Translations under genes and position numbers: made by a program
Shown: positions 9,407 through 18,312 of the stretch, in pieces
Position numbering within the stretch: position 1 is the first letter of the stretch
How the letters are laid out: each line of letters starts with the position of its first letter
Assembly: GCA_963699755.1 (NCBI GenBank)
Contig: CAVOVB010000002.1
Coordinates: forward strand, 64,001-128,000
DNA length: 64,000 nucleotides
Source: an uncultured delta proteobacterium
GTDB lineage: Bacteria; Myxococcota_A; Polyangia; Polyangiales; Houyiibacteriaceae
Direction of reading: 5' to 3'
Notes under the pieces: model-generated
Told to the model about the DNA's origin: nothing
Databases searched by the model: none
The model's input: the letters and a program-made list of their open reading frames with translations, nothing else

Positions 9407-10203
9407 TTGGCTAGAATCATCACTAGATCCCCCCCGAACCTCTGGGTGAACGGCAGGGCACGAAAGACAACTTGGTCAATCTGCTCGATTCTGCTGGGGC
9501 GTTCGGGATGGCGATTGGGCAAGAACTTGCTGAAGCGAGACAAGAGGTTGAAACGTATCAGCTCGAATTTCGGGAAAGCCGACAAGACCATATTCAGCTG
9601 TTCGCGATTGAGCTTCTGTTCGTCTTCAGTTCGGTGGGCTTCGAGCGAGGGTTCGTTCGAAACCAACCAAGTCACGAGCCGCGAGTTTCGCAGGGCGTCG
9701 AATACTGGCACTTCGACGAACTCGCGGAACACGGCGATGCCACCGGGCTTGAGGACGCGGTACGCCTCGCGGATGGCATCCTCGACTTCAACGTGATGCA
9801 AGATGTCGAAGCCCGCGACGACGTCGAAGAAATCATCCGGGTATTCGAGGTCCTCTGCAGCCTGCAACGAGAAGTCGGTACTGTCGCCGAATCCATAGCG
9901 GTCCGCCTTGCGGCGACATTCGACGATGTTCTCTTCACAGACATCGAAGCCCCACACTCGGTAGCCGATCTTGGAGTGGCACATCGATGCATGGCCCAAG
10001 CCGCAGCCGAAATCGAGGAGCCGCTGGGAGGGACCCTGATATGCGTCTTGGATGATCTGATAGACTCGCCAGTAGGAATTCCAGGGGCGTCTCTCGTGGC
10101 CCATCACGGGATCGAATACGACCTCCTCGTCGTCGTGTGTCCGCGAGTATTCGCGATAGAACTGGCGTTCGCGCTCTTGCCTCGCTGTCAGATATTGCAT
10201 CAC
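9403..10203 (-). CDS. Class I SAM-dependent methyltransferase
   Basis: RLLDFGCGLG motif I, AEDLEYPDDFFDVV, ILHH, RVLKPGG. Confidence 0.9.
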   Translation of the reverse strand: MMQYLTARQERERQFYREYSRTHDDEEVVFDPVMGHERRPWNSYWRVYQIIQDAYQGPSQRLLDFGCGLGHASMCHSKIGYRVWGFDVCEENIVECRRKADRYGFGDSTDFSLQAAEDLEYPDDFFDVVAGFDILHHVEVEDAIREAYRVLKPGGIAVFREFVEVPVFDALRNSRLVTWLVSNEPSLEAHRTEDEQKLNREQLNMVLSAFPKFELIRFNLLSRFSKFLPNRHPERPSRIEQIDQVVFRALPFTQRFGGDLVMILAK

Positions 10204-10257
10204 GGCTTCCTCTGCGACTCCCGAATGGGGGCCTGAATCGATGTCAAACGCCCGACA

Positions 10258-10617
10258 CTAAGCCTCGACGCGAGCGCCTGGTGTCACGGAATGCTCAGCC
10301 ACCACGGTATCGGAGTCGTCCACGCAGGACACGAGCTTGGTGAAGCCCACCCGTTCGAGCAGCTCATAGACGATGGTAGGCACGTCGACGAGTCGCAGGT
10401 CCGTGCCGCGGATTCGTAGATGTGAGTAGAGTCGCACGAGCATGGCCAGTCCCGCCTGATCGATCCGGCGAACCCGCTCGAGGGACAACTCCACACACTC
10501 GACGCCCACGAGTTTCGAGAGCGGGAGTCGCTCGGCCAACCTCAAAGCGTCGTGGCCCAAGAGATCACCATCAAGCTCGATCCGCAGTCGAACAATGGAT
10601 TCACCTCGCGTCTTCAT
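10258..10617 (-). CDS. STAS domain protein (anti-sigma antagonist / MlaB-like)
   Basis: IELDGDL, VELSLERVRRIDQAGLAMLV, LRLVDVP..VYELLERVGF; ATGA overlap with the upstream stop. Confidence 0.85.
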   Translation of the reverse strand: MKTRGESIVRLRIELDGDLLGHDALRLAERLPLSKLVGVECVELSLERVRRIDQAGLAMLVRLYSHLRIRGTDLRLVDVPTIVYELLERVGFTKLVSCVDDSDTVVAEHSVTPGARVEA

Positions 10618-11987
10618 GACCGGCTGACATTAGCATGCATCGTGCCAAGTTCTTGGTGAAGATCAGACGGGGCGAGCTCCGCGTTCCAGATTTGTTCCAT
10701 GGCGGCGGACTGGGCGAACAAGATGAAGAGGAACCAGCTCCAACATTGCGATAGAAAGAACGCGGCGACGCAGAACCCGACCATCGATGGAAACATGGAG
10801 CGACGCACGGCTTGCCCCATTGGGTCGTCTTCCGGCACATCCGCCTTGCGGTGGTGATAGGCGAGACGGACGGTCAGAAAAACGAGCGCCATGAACGGGA
10901 TGAAACCGATGAGCCCGGTCTCCGCGGCGGCCTTGATGAACGAGTTGTGTGCATCGCGCGGCTCCCAGTTGACGGGATTTCGGGCGTAGCCGTGGTAGTT
11001 GTCCGGGAATTGGCCGAAGCCCACCCCGAAGAGCGGATTGTGAGCTGCCATACGAATTCCCGACGCCCACATGTCGAGCCGGCCCTGTGCGGATTCATCG
11101 AGCTCGCCAACCTTCAAGGCTCCGCTGGACCTCTCGTTCACGCCCGCGAGAAACAGCATGGCAACGACAAGTGCCACAAGCGCTGGCGCGAGCGCGAGCC
11201 GAAGGCTGACCCGGCCTCGGTCGTAGAAGGTGAACGCCAGCGCCGCCATGAGCCCGAGCGCTCCGCCGCGAGACACGGTTGCGAATATCCCGCCGACCAG
11301 AACTGCGAGCAGCAAGCCCCAGGAAAGACGCCTGATGCCGCGTGTCGACAGGGCAAGCTCGGCGAACAGCGGCACATAGATCAGCAGGACGAGCGCGAGA
11401 TCGTTTGGGTCTCCCAGCAACCCGGCGAGTCCGGCTCGATTGCCTTCGACCGTCGCTAGGCCCGAGGTCCTCAGGTGAATCGCCAAGAGCGCCAGCCCAA
11501 CCGTGCATAGGGCAAGGCTGAGGTGGAGCTTGACCGCCTGCCGCTTCGTAGTGACCAGATGGACCACGAGCACGTACATGATCAACATCTTGATGAAGAC
11601 ATCGCCGAAGTACGCCCAGCTCGCCGCCGGGTTGGTGCTCATCAGCGATGACAGCATCACTGCTCCGGCAAGTGCGAGCATCCACTTGCCGTGAGGTGCG
11701 GGAGACACCCGTATGTCGCCACGAAACAGCTTCGTGATCAGCCACGAAAGGATCGCAACCAGTCCGACGAGCTTGGCAGGCTGAATTGCGGCGAGCACTG
11801 GAAAGTGATCGGCGGGCCTGAGGACAAGGACCACGATGAACGCAAGTGTCGCATTGAGCGCGCTCGAGAGAGTCCAAACGATCGCGGCGACGCCGAGGAC
11901 GACCCCGAGGGCCGCCATTGGATGCACGGCGGCCGCGGAGGCGCCTACGGCAATTGCAACGCCGCCGAGGAAGGCAGCGCCACGCAC
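10614..11987 (-). CDS. O-antigen ligase / Wzy polymerase family membrane protein
   Basis: Many TM helices, GDPNDLAL, TVSRGG, SAQGRLDMW, NPLFGVGFGQF, AHNSFIKAAAETGLIG. Confidence 0.87.
   Translation of the reverse strand: MRGAAFLGGVAIAVGASAAAVHPMAALGVVLGVAAIVWTLSSALNATLAFIVVLVLRPADHFPVLAAIQPAKLVGLVAILSWLITKLFRGDIRVSPAPHGKWMLALAGAVMLSSLMSTNPAASWAYFGDVFIKMLIMYVLVVHLVTTKRQAVKLHLSLALCTVGLALLAIHLRTSGLATVEGNRAGLAGLLGDPNDLALVLLIYVPLFAELALSTRGIRRLSWGLLLAVLVGGIFATVSRGGALGLMAALAFTFYDRGRVSLRLALAPALVALVVAMLFLAGVNERSSGALKVGELDESAQGRLDMWASGIRMAAHNPLFGVGFGQFPDNYHGYARNPVNWEPRDAHNSFIKAAAETGLIGFIPFMALVFLTVRLAYHHRKADVPEDDPMGQAVRRSMFPSMVGFCVAAFFLSQCWSWFLFILFAQSAAMEQIWNAELAPSDLHQELGTMHANVSRS
10631..10648 (-). promoter_or_regulatory. 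sigma54 -24/-12 promoter upstream of the STAS gene, inside the 3' end of wzy
   Basis: Minus strand TTGGCACGATGCATGCTA: TGGCACG and GG-N10-GC spacing. Confidence 0.65.
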
Positions 11988-13265
11988 CTATGCTTCTCCT
12001 CGTGGCATTCTGCCGAGGGAGGGTGCGCCGAGTGCTTCGGTGAGCTCTTTCTCTCCGCGCAGCGAGTCATCGAACGCGGCAAAGAAGGCGACCGCAAGCA
12101 GCGCGAGTATCAATCCCGCAAGCAAAGCTCCCGGAAGCACGACCCAGAGCGAGGGATTGAGCGAGCGCGTGGGCATCACGGGCCTCTCGACAGTCCAGAC
12201 TTGATTCCCTTCGGCAAAGATCGCCAGTTCTTCGGTCAACAAACGCTGCCGGAGAAGTGCCTCTTGCGCCTTTGCCTCCTTCAGCTCGATCAGCAGCTCC
12301 TGATGTCGGGCCGCTGTGCTCGTCTCGGTCAGCGCCTGGCTTTCCGGATCGACCAGCTCTGAGCTGCCTGTTTCGTTCGCGACGTCGTCGCTGCTCTTGC
12401 GCTCCCGCCTGATCGCTCGCTGCAGCCATTGCACTCGCTGCCTCGCGGACACGAGCTTTGGGTGGTTCTCCCCGTAGAGCGGCCGAAGCTCGGCCACCTC
12501 GCGGCGAGCGTCCGCCAGATCCTTTCGGTATTGCCTCGATCCTACGGTCCCCTCCGGCTTGCGCTGCCGGAGCTTCGCCTCCGACTGCGCAACCGCTTGT
12601 TCGGCGGTTACGAGACGCACCTCGGCCTCCGCCAAGGCTCTGCGGAGACTGGGCTTCCCTCCACCTCTCCCTTCCTGGGCCTCAGGCAACTGGGCAACCT
12701 GTGGTTCGATTTCCTCCGTGTCGTCCTGAAGCTGCTCGAGCTGATCCTCGAAAAACTCTGCAGAGGCGCGAACCGTCTCTCTTTGCGGGCGGACGATCTG
12801 GTCGGTGAAAGCCTCGATCAGCTCATTGGTCGCCTGGTACGCCCCGATCGGGGTCGCTCCCTGCACCTTGATCAGGACCAGCTCTCCCCCAAGCGCAATG
12901 ACATCCAACCCTCGTTGGAAGTCCTCCACTGCCTGGTTCACCTCTTCGGGGCTGGCCATGTTTCCCAATCGCCCGAGTTTTCGAAGAACCCGCTCCGAGG
13001 TGTCGTGACTTTCGAAGATGCTTTCAACCAGAGGCATGCGTTGCTTCGCCGACCACTGTTCCAACATGTCCTTCAGAAAAGGGTTGACTGTCTGCTGGTC
13101 CTGAATGAGCAGCCGCGCCGTGCATTGATAGCGGTCGGGCATGATCTGCCACACTAGGCCGGCCGCCAAAACCGTGAGGAGGGGGACCAGCAACACCAAG
13201 TCCCAGCGCCGCAAGATCAAGTGAAACAATGCGTCGGGATTGAGCTCTCGCGGGGAGTTTTTCAT
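11988..13265 (-). CDS. Polysaccharide co-polymerase (Wzz / Wzc N-terminal / GumC family)
   Basis: Two TM helices flanking a coiled coil, PDRYQCTARLLI, YGENHPKL, VERPVMP, DDSLRGEKELTEALGAPSLGRMP. Confidence 0.85.
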   Translation of the reverse strand: MKNSPRELNPDALFHLILRRWDLVLLVPLLTVLAAGLVWQIMPDRYQCTARLLIQDQQTVNPFLKDMLEQWSAKQRMPLVESIFESHDTSERVLRKLGRLGNMASPEEVNQAVEDFQRGLDVIALGGELVLIKVQGATPIGAYQATNELIEAFTDQIVRPQRETVRASAEFFEDQLEQLQDDTEEIEPQVAQLPEAQEGRGGGKPSLRRALAEAEVRLVTAEQAVAQSEAKLRQRKPEGTVGSRQYRKDLADARREVAELRPLYGENHPKLVSARQRVQWLQRAIRRERKSSDDVANETGSSELVDPESQALTETSTAARHQELLIELKEAKAQEALLRQRLLTEELAIFAEGNQVWTVERPVMPTRSLNPSLWVVLPGALLAGLILALLAVAFFAAFDDSLRGEKELTEALGAPSLGRMPRGEA

Positions 13266-13816
13266 GACGACCTACGAAGCTGCCGAGTGATGACTCCGGG
13301 AGGCAATTGGGGCGGCCATGTCCTGAGGCCGGCTTTGATGCGGCGCAGAGTCTCGGCCGGAGACGGACATTCGAGCTCATTCCAGACCCCCCCAAGCATT
13401 GGCAAGCCAAGAACGCGGAGCTGGTCCGCGCAAGCCGCCACCTGTGCCCGGGTCGTGGTCATGCCCCGGGCTATGAGGAGCGCTCCATCGAAATTGGCGC
13501 GGACTGAGGGAGTCAGTGCGGCAGCCCCTTCCCCTTCCAGCAACGCCAGACCGTCGACCCAGACATAGCCGTGCGCGGGCTCTGCCGTCGGCTCAAGCTC
13601 TGCTTTCGACAGCGGCGCCGTGAAGCTCTGCACCATAGAGGTCTCGTTCGTCACCGCGCTCGCGTGCCGTTGAATGCAGCGTGCAAAATGGGTCTTTCCA
13701 TCCCCAGAGTGGGCGGACACCAGGAGAATGCGGTGTGCGTTCGCCGACTGTGCAGCGCCAAACACGCGCGCCACGAGGCTGTGCTCCTCGCGCAGCAATT
13801 TAGCAGAGCTGGTCAC
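13262..13816 (-). CDS. CpsD/CapB-like P-loop protein, degenerate BY-kinase
   Basis: ILLVSAHSGDGKT Walker A, DGALLIAR.MTTR, LGGVWN. Start placed at GTG 13816 (AGGGAAG RBS, downstream of a sigma54 promoter) rather than 13984. Confidence 0.68.
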   Translation of the reverse strand: MTSSAKLLREEHSLVARVFGAAQSANAHRILLVSAHSGDGKTHFARCIQRHASAVTNETSMVQSFTAPLSKAELEPTAEPAHGYVWVDGLALLEGEGAAALTPSVRANFDGALLIARGMTTTRAQVAACADQLRVLGLPMLGGVWNELECPSPAETLRRIKAGLRTWPPQLPPGVITRQLRRSS

Positions 13817-13847
13817 ATCGACTTCCCTAGGCAAGACCAACGTATAA

Positions 13848-13864
13848 CGCAAGATTGGGGCCGA
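13848..13864 (-). promoter_or_regulatory. sigma54 promoter for the cpsD-wzz-wzy operon
   Basis: Minus strand TCGGCCCCAATCTTGCG: GG-N10-GC with TTGC. Confidence 0.6.
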
Positions 13865-13917
13865 GTGTCGATCGGCCCCGCAAAGGGGGACAGTCGCTCC
13901 GCATGGACACATGGTCC

Positions 13918-13963
13918 GTTTCATTCCGAAACAAGGGTGGGCGTCTCCGTGCCGGTTCGGAAC
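13918..13963. promoter_or_regulatory. Pair of palindromic operator/UAS sites, 31 bp apart
   Basis: GTTTC-ATTCC-GAAAC (13918) and GTGCC-GGTTC-GGAAC (13949), between divergent sigma54 promoters. Confidence 0.62.
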
Positions 13964-13983
13964 AGGCGCCTCAACGAGCCCCA

Positions 13984-13999
13984 TGGCTCGATCCTTGCT
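13984..13999 (+). promoter_or_regulatory. sigma54 promoter for the GT4-GT4 operon
   Basis: TGGCTCGATCCTTGCT, near consensus TGGCACG-N4-TTGCW. Confidence 0.75.
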
Positions 14000-14039
14000 T
14001 CATTCGCTTCAGACCCCCAGCCTATCGCCGGAGTGTTGC

Positions 14040-15188
14040 TTGAAAGAGTACCCGACGCCGCGCCGTCGTCTACGCGTGGCCCAACTCATGCAGTATTTCG
14101 CCGTTGGCGGCCTCGAGCGAATGGTCGAACGCCTCAGCGTCGCCTCGAATGCTCGGGGCATCGAGAGTCTGGTCATCGCGTACCTTGGGGATGGGCCGAT
14201 TCGAACAGCGCTCGAGCAGCAAGGTATTCGGACGCTCCTGCTCGACAATGGACCAGGTTTTGATCCGAAGCTCGTATGGCGCCTTCGTTCTGTACTCCTT
14301 CGGGAGCAGATCGATGTGCTGCACACGCATCATTTGGGCCCCTTCGTATACGGCGCGCCTGCGGCTGTTCTGGCCGGGTGCCGGCAGGTCCACACCGAGC
14401 ACTCCCACGAGCTCTACGACACGACCCGGAGGCAATTTCTGGGTGCCATGATGTCACCGCTCGCCGAAGTGGTCGCCGTGACACCGGAAATCTCCGAGTA
14501 CCGAAAGCGCTTTCCGGGCCGATGCCTTGTGATCCCCAACGGAGTGCCCATACCTCAGGATTCGCTCGCGATGCGCGAGGCAGGGCGCGCTCTGATAGGC
14601 GCGAATCAAGACAACTTCGTGGTGGGCTGCGCCGCACGACTTTCTGCCGAGAAGAACCATGCGGGCCTCCTCGAAGCATTCGCACAGCTCGTTCGGGACG
14701 AGCCCCGTTCACTTCTCGCCTGCGCCGGCGATGGGCCTCTCGGCGACACACTGCGCGCCCAGGCGGAAGCCGCTGGTCTGAGTCCACGCGTTCGATGGTT
14801 GGGCACGGTGCAAGACATGGCGCCGTTCTACGCGGCGCTCGACGCGTGCGTCCTCAACAGCGATCGAGAGGGTTTGCCCCTCAGCCTGCTCGAAGCGATG
14901 GCGTTTGGGATTCCAGTAGTCGCAACCGACGTGGGGGGCGTCGGAGAGCTCCTCGCCGGGGAGGCCGGATTGCTCGTTCCCCCGCGTGCGCCCGAGACCT
15001 TGGCTGGCGCCCTGGTGTCCCTGGTCGAGCAACCCGAGTTCGCGAAGAAGCTCGGCGAACATGGCAAGGCCCGTATTCATGAGAGCTACGGCATCGACAC
15101 CATGGTCGACCGTTACGTCGCGCTCTATCGTGACGCCGCAAAAAGACCGCTGCTCTGGTCTAACATCGGTTCTGCACCGTGCGCATAA
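14040..15188 (+). CDS. Glycosyltransferase family 4
   Basis: VGGLERMV, DVLHTHH, ARLSAEKNH, GDGPL, REGLPLSLLEAMAFGIPVVATDVGG. Start moved to TTG 14040 (GGAG RBS at 14030). Confidence 0.9.
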   Translation: MKEYPTPRRRLRVAQLMQYFAVGGLERMVERLSVASNARGIESLVIAYLGDGPIRTALEQQGIRTLLLDNGPGFDPKLVWRLRSVLLREQIDVLHTHHLGPFVYGAPAAVLAGCRQVHTEHSHELYDTTRRQFLGAMMSPLAEVVAVTPEISEYRKRFPGRCLVIPNGVPIPQDSLAMREAGRALIGANQDNFVVGCAARLSAEKNHAGLLEAFAQLVRDEPRSLLACAGDGPLGDTLRAQAEAAGLSPRVRWLGTVQDMAPFYAALDACVLNSDREGLPLSLLEAMAFGIPVVATDVGGVGELLAGEAGLLVPPRAPETLAGALVSLVEQPEFAKKLGEHGKARIHESYGIDTMVDRYVALYRDAAKRPLLWSNIGSAPCA

Positions 15189-16267
15189 GCCACATCATCG
15201 CGCCCGGACTCATGGCTGGCGCCGAGAATGTCGTTTTGCAGGGCTGCGCGGCTCTGGTCGCTCGCGGGCACGCGCTGTCTGTGCTGGTGATGGTGGACGA
15301 TCGCTGTCCCTCGTATGGGGAGCGCTTCATCGAGGCGGCCCAGGAAAGGAACGTCCCGGTCCGCGCGCTACGTGTCCGAGGCCGCCTCGATTTAGTCACG
15401 ATCGTGAAGCTTCGCGGCGCGCTCGAGGCGCACGGCACCGAGGTCATGCATGCGCATGGGTACAAGGCGCTCGTCTATGGCTTGCTGGCAAAGACCAGAC
15501 ACATGGCCCTCGTGGTCACCCACCATGGTGAAACGGGACATGATCGATTGGCGCGATTCTATGAGAGTCTCGCGCGAACGCTGTATCGAATGGTCGACCG
15601 CGTGTTCTCCGTTTCGAACGCTACGACCGAGTCACTCGTTGCGGCAGGCGTGCCGCGGGCAAAGCTCACAACGGTGCCCAACCCCGTTTCGCTTTCTGCG
15701 CCGACCTCCGGCACCGAGCGGAAGCGGTCGGAAGGCGCGATGCTTTTCGTGGGCCGGCTCAGCGAAGAAAAGGGTCTCGACGTACTCCTGCGCGCACTTG
15801 CGTCGCCTCGCGCGCCCAAGCAGCTCACGCTCGATGTTGCGGGCGACGGGCCGTGCGCCGGTCAGTGGAAGGCGCTGTCGACTAGCCTGGGGCTCGATGG
15901 CCGAGTTCGCTGGCTGGGCGTGCGTGTTGATATCCCCGAGTTGCTCGCCGAAACCCAAGTTCTGGTCCTTCCCTCGCGCCGCGAGGGGCTCCCCCTGGCG
16001 GTGTTGGAGGCTGCCTCGTGCGAGGTTCCGGTGCTTGCAAGTCGAGTTGGCGGCGTGCCCGAGGCTGTGTGGGAAGGCGAAACCGCTCTACTCGTTACGC
16101 CAGGCGACGTGGACGCCTGGTCGAGAGCGCTCGAAACCTTGCCGATGCAGACCGAGAAGCTCCGTCATGGCGCAAGGCGTCGCGGTGCCGAAGTCCGCGC
16201 CCGCCACGCACCCGAGCGTTGGGCTGAGCTAACGACGCAACATTACGGTGAGGTTGCAAGGCGATGA
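15179..16267 (+). CDS. Glycosyltransferase family 4
   Basis: AGAENVV, MHAHGYK, FVGRLSEEKGLDVL, REGLPLAVLEA, SRVGGVPE. Confidence 0.9.
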   Translation: MRISHIIAPGLMAGAENVVLQGCAALVARGHALSVLVMVDDRCPSYGERFIEAAQERNVPVRALRVRGRLDLVTIVKLRGALEAHGTEVMHAHGYKALVYGLLAKTRHMALVVTHHGETGHDRLARFYESLARTLYRMVDRVFSVSNATTESLVAAGVPRAKLTTVPNPVSLSAPTSGTERKRSEGAMLFVGRLSEEKGLDVLLRALASPRAPKQLTLDVAGDGPCAGQWKALSTSLGLDGRVRWLGVRVDIPELLAETQVLVLPSRREGLPLAVLEAASCEVPVLASRVGGVPEAVWEGETALLVTPGDVDAWSRALETLPMQTEKLRHGARRRGAEVRARHAPERWAELTTQHYGEVARR

Positions 16268-16319
16268 TCGGCGTAAGACTTCGGTCGAGAGTCGCTCGTC
16301 GCGTCACGCTCACCGACGT

Positions 16320-16365
16320 GTTTCACTTCGGAAGTCGGCGGACGAGAAGTGTTCTAGAAAGGCGC
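16320..16365. promoter_or_regulatory. Pair of palindromic operator/UAS sites, 31 bp apart
   Basis: GTTTC-ACTTC-GGAAG (16320) and GTTCT-AGAAA-GGCGC (16351), upstream of the promoter at 16427. Confidence 0.5.
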
Positions 16366-16426
16366 ATCGAATGGGGCGCCGAAGACACGCGTGCTTGCAG
16401 CGCCGAGGATCTCGGCATCGAGACGT

Positions 16427-16442
16427 TGGCGCGCAGGTTGCA
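16427..16442 (+). promoter_or_regulatory. sigma54 promoter for the GT2-priming transferase gene
   Basis: TGGCGCGCAGGTTGCA: GG-N10-GC with TTGCA. Confidence 0.75.
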
Positions 16443-16490
16443 TGCGCGGCGAGCAGCGCGATTGAATCGAACGCGAGATTAGGTATCGGC

Positions 16491-18308
16491 ATGCCGACGT
16501 GGATGGATATTCTCCTTATTGCTTTCTTATTCTCAGCGCTCCTCGCGCCCTACATCTTCTACCCACTTCTGGTCCGGTACGTGATTCCGCCGAAGACACG
16601 AAGTGACGCTCGGACCGCCCAGGCCTTGCCCCCGGTGAGTGTGCTGATCCCGGCACACAATGAGGCCGCTCGACTAGGCCAGAAGCTACAAAACACGCTG
16701 GCGCTCTCCTACCCGCGCAACCGCATGGAGGTGCTGGTCGCATCAGACGGCTCCGGTGACCAGACCGCCGAGGTCGCGCGCGCGTACGAAAGCTCGGGAG
16801 TGCGCGTGTTGGAGCTACGTGAGCGAGGCGGCAAGCTCGCGGCACTGAAGCATTTGCTCGAGCAGGCGCGAGGCGAGATCGTTTTGTTCACCGACGTCGG
16901 CGCCGACTTGCCACAGAACACGGTCTCCGAGCTCGTCGACGAGCTTGTAGACCCCGACGTGGTCGTGGCCATGCCCCGCTACGTGTCCGTCGGACAGGAT
17001 GGGACTGAAAGCGCCGCCACCGACGGGGTATATTGGAGTCGCGAGACGCGCTTGAAGGAGCTCGAATCGAAGCGCGACATGCTGCTTGGTGCGCACGGCG
17101 CATGCTACATCATGCGCCGGGAATCGATTGTCGAGGTCCCATCCGACACAATTCACGACGATCTGGTTTGGCCCTTGCTTGCCCACGCAGCTGGTGGACG
17201 CATCGTCTATCGTTCCGACCTCGTGGTCTCAGACCTGGCTCCCACTCGCCTTTCCACCATTTTCGAGCGAACGGCGCGCATGGCGCATGGCAATCTTCAG
17301 GTGCTCTGGCGCTACCGTCGGCTGCTGAGCCCGCGCCACGCGCGAATCGCGGTGAGCCTCATCGGCCACAAACTTCTGAAGTCTCTGGGTCCGGTTTGGA
17401 TTTTGGCGCTTGCGTTCTGGGTCAATTTCCGCGCCTTGACCGAATCGGTGTTGGTCCCACTTGCGATCGCCGGTGACCTCTTGCTTCTCGTGCTCGTCGC
17501 ATCTGCGCTCTGGCGCGGCGCAGGCCTTCCACTGCCCCGAAGCCTCGGACTGGGTGTGCATGCGCTGGTGGCACAATCAGGCTGCGCGCTGGGGATCCTT
17601 CGTTTTCCCTTCGGAGCCAACGGAACGCGTTGGCGTCGTCCACCCGAAAACGACGTCCTGGAGTTGCATCGCCCAGCCCTTCCGCCCCCCTCGGTACGAA
17701 TCGCGAAGCGCACCCTGGACGTCGTCGGAAGCTCCGTCGGTCTCTTGCTCGCACTGCCCTTGATTCCGCTCATCGCCCTGGCGATTCGTGTGAGCTCGCC
17801 AGGCCCCATCCTGTACCGACAGGAGCGGGTCGCGAAAGACTATATGGGACGTCCGTACGGCTTTGCGATCTGGAAGTTCCGAACGATGCGAGTCGACGCG
17901 GAGGCCGACGGCGAGGCGGTCTGGGCACAGGAGAGCGATCCGCGCGTGACCGCGGTGGGCGCGTTCCTTCGAAAGCTCCGGCTCGACGAGATACCTCAGC
18001 TCGCCCAGGTGCTCCGGGGCGATATGACCTTGATCGGCCCTCGCCCGGAGCGGCCCTCGATTACCGACACGCTGTCGCTTCAGCTGCCCGGTTATGATGA
18101 TCGACATCCGCCGTGCAAGCCTGGAATCACCGGCTGGGCCCAGGTCCACACCGGCTACGACACCTCGGTCGAGAGCGTGCGCGAAAAATTACTCTACGAC
18201 TTCACGTACAACGCCCACCTCTACGGGCTCCGCAGCTACCTAGCGATGGAGCTGCGCGTCATCCTGCTCACGGTTGCGGTGATCATCAACCGAAGGGGCG
18301 CGCACTGA
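16491..18308 (+). CDS. Fusion of GT2 glycosyltransferase and polyprenol-phosphate phosphoglycosyl (priming) transferase
   Basis: N half: VSVLIPAHNE, ASDGSGD, GGKLAAL, FTD, HDD. C half: KRTLD, PILYRQERV, KFRTM, RLDEIPQL, GDMTLIGPRPE, KPGITGWAQV. Start ATG 16491 is consistent with the promoter. Confidence 0.88.
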   Translation: MPTWMDILLIAFLFSALLAPYIFYPLLVRYVIPPKTRSDARTAQALPPVSVLIPAHNEAARLGQKLQNTLALSYPRNRMEVLVASDGSGDQTAEVARAYESSGVRVLELRERGGKLAALKHLLEQARGEIVLFTDVGADLPQNTVSELVDELVDPDVVVAMPRYVSVGQDGTESAATDGVYWSRETRLKELESKRDMLLGAHGACYIMRRESIVEVPSDTIHDDLVWPLLAHAAGGRIVYRSDLVVSDLAPTRLSTIFERTARMAHGNLQVLWRYRRLLSPRHARIAVSLIGHKLLKSLGPVWILALAFWVNFRALTESVLVPLAIAGDLLLLVLVASALWRGAGLPLPRSLGLGVHALVAQSGCALGILRFPFGANGTRWRRPPENDVLELHRPALPPPSVRIAKRTLDVVGSSVGLLLALPLIPLIALAIRVSSPGPILYRQERVAKDYMGRPYGFAIWKFRTMRVDAEADGEAVWAQESDPRVTAVGAFLRKLRLDEIPQLAQVLRGDMTLIGPRPERPSITDTLSLQLPGYDDRHPPCKPGITGWAQVHTGYDTSVESVREKLLYDFTYNAHLYGLRSYLAMELRVILLTVAVIINRRGAH

Positions 18309-18312
18309 CCGT

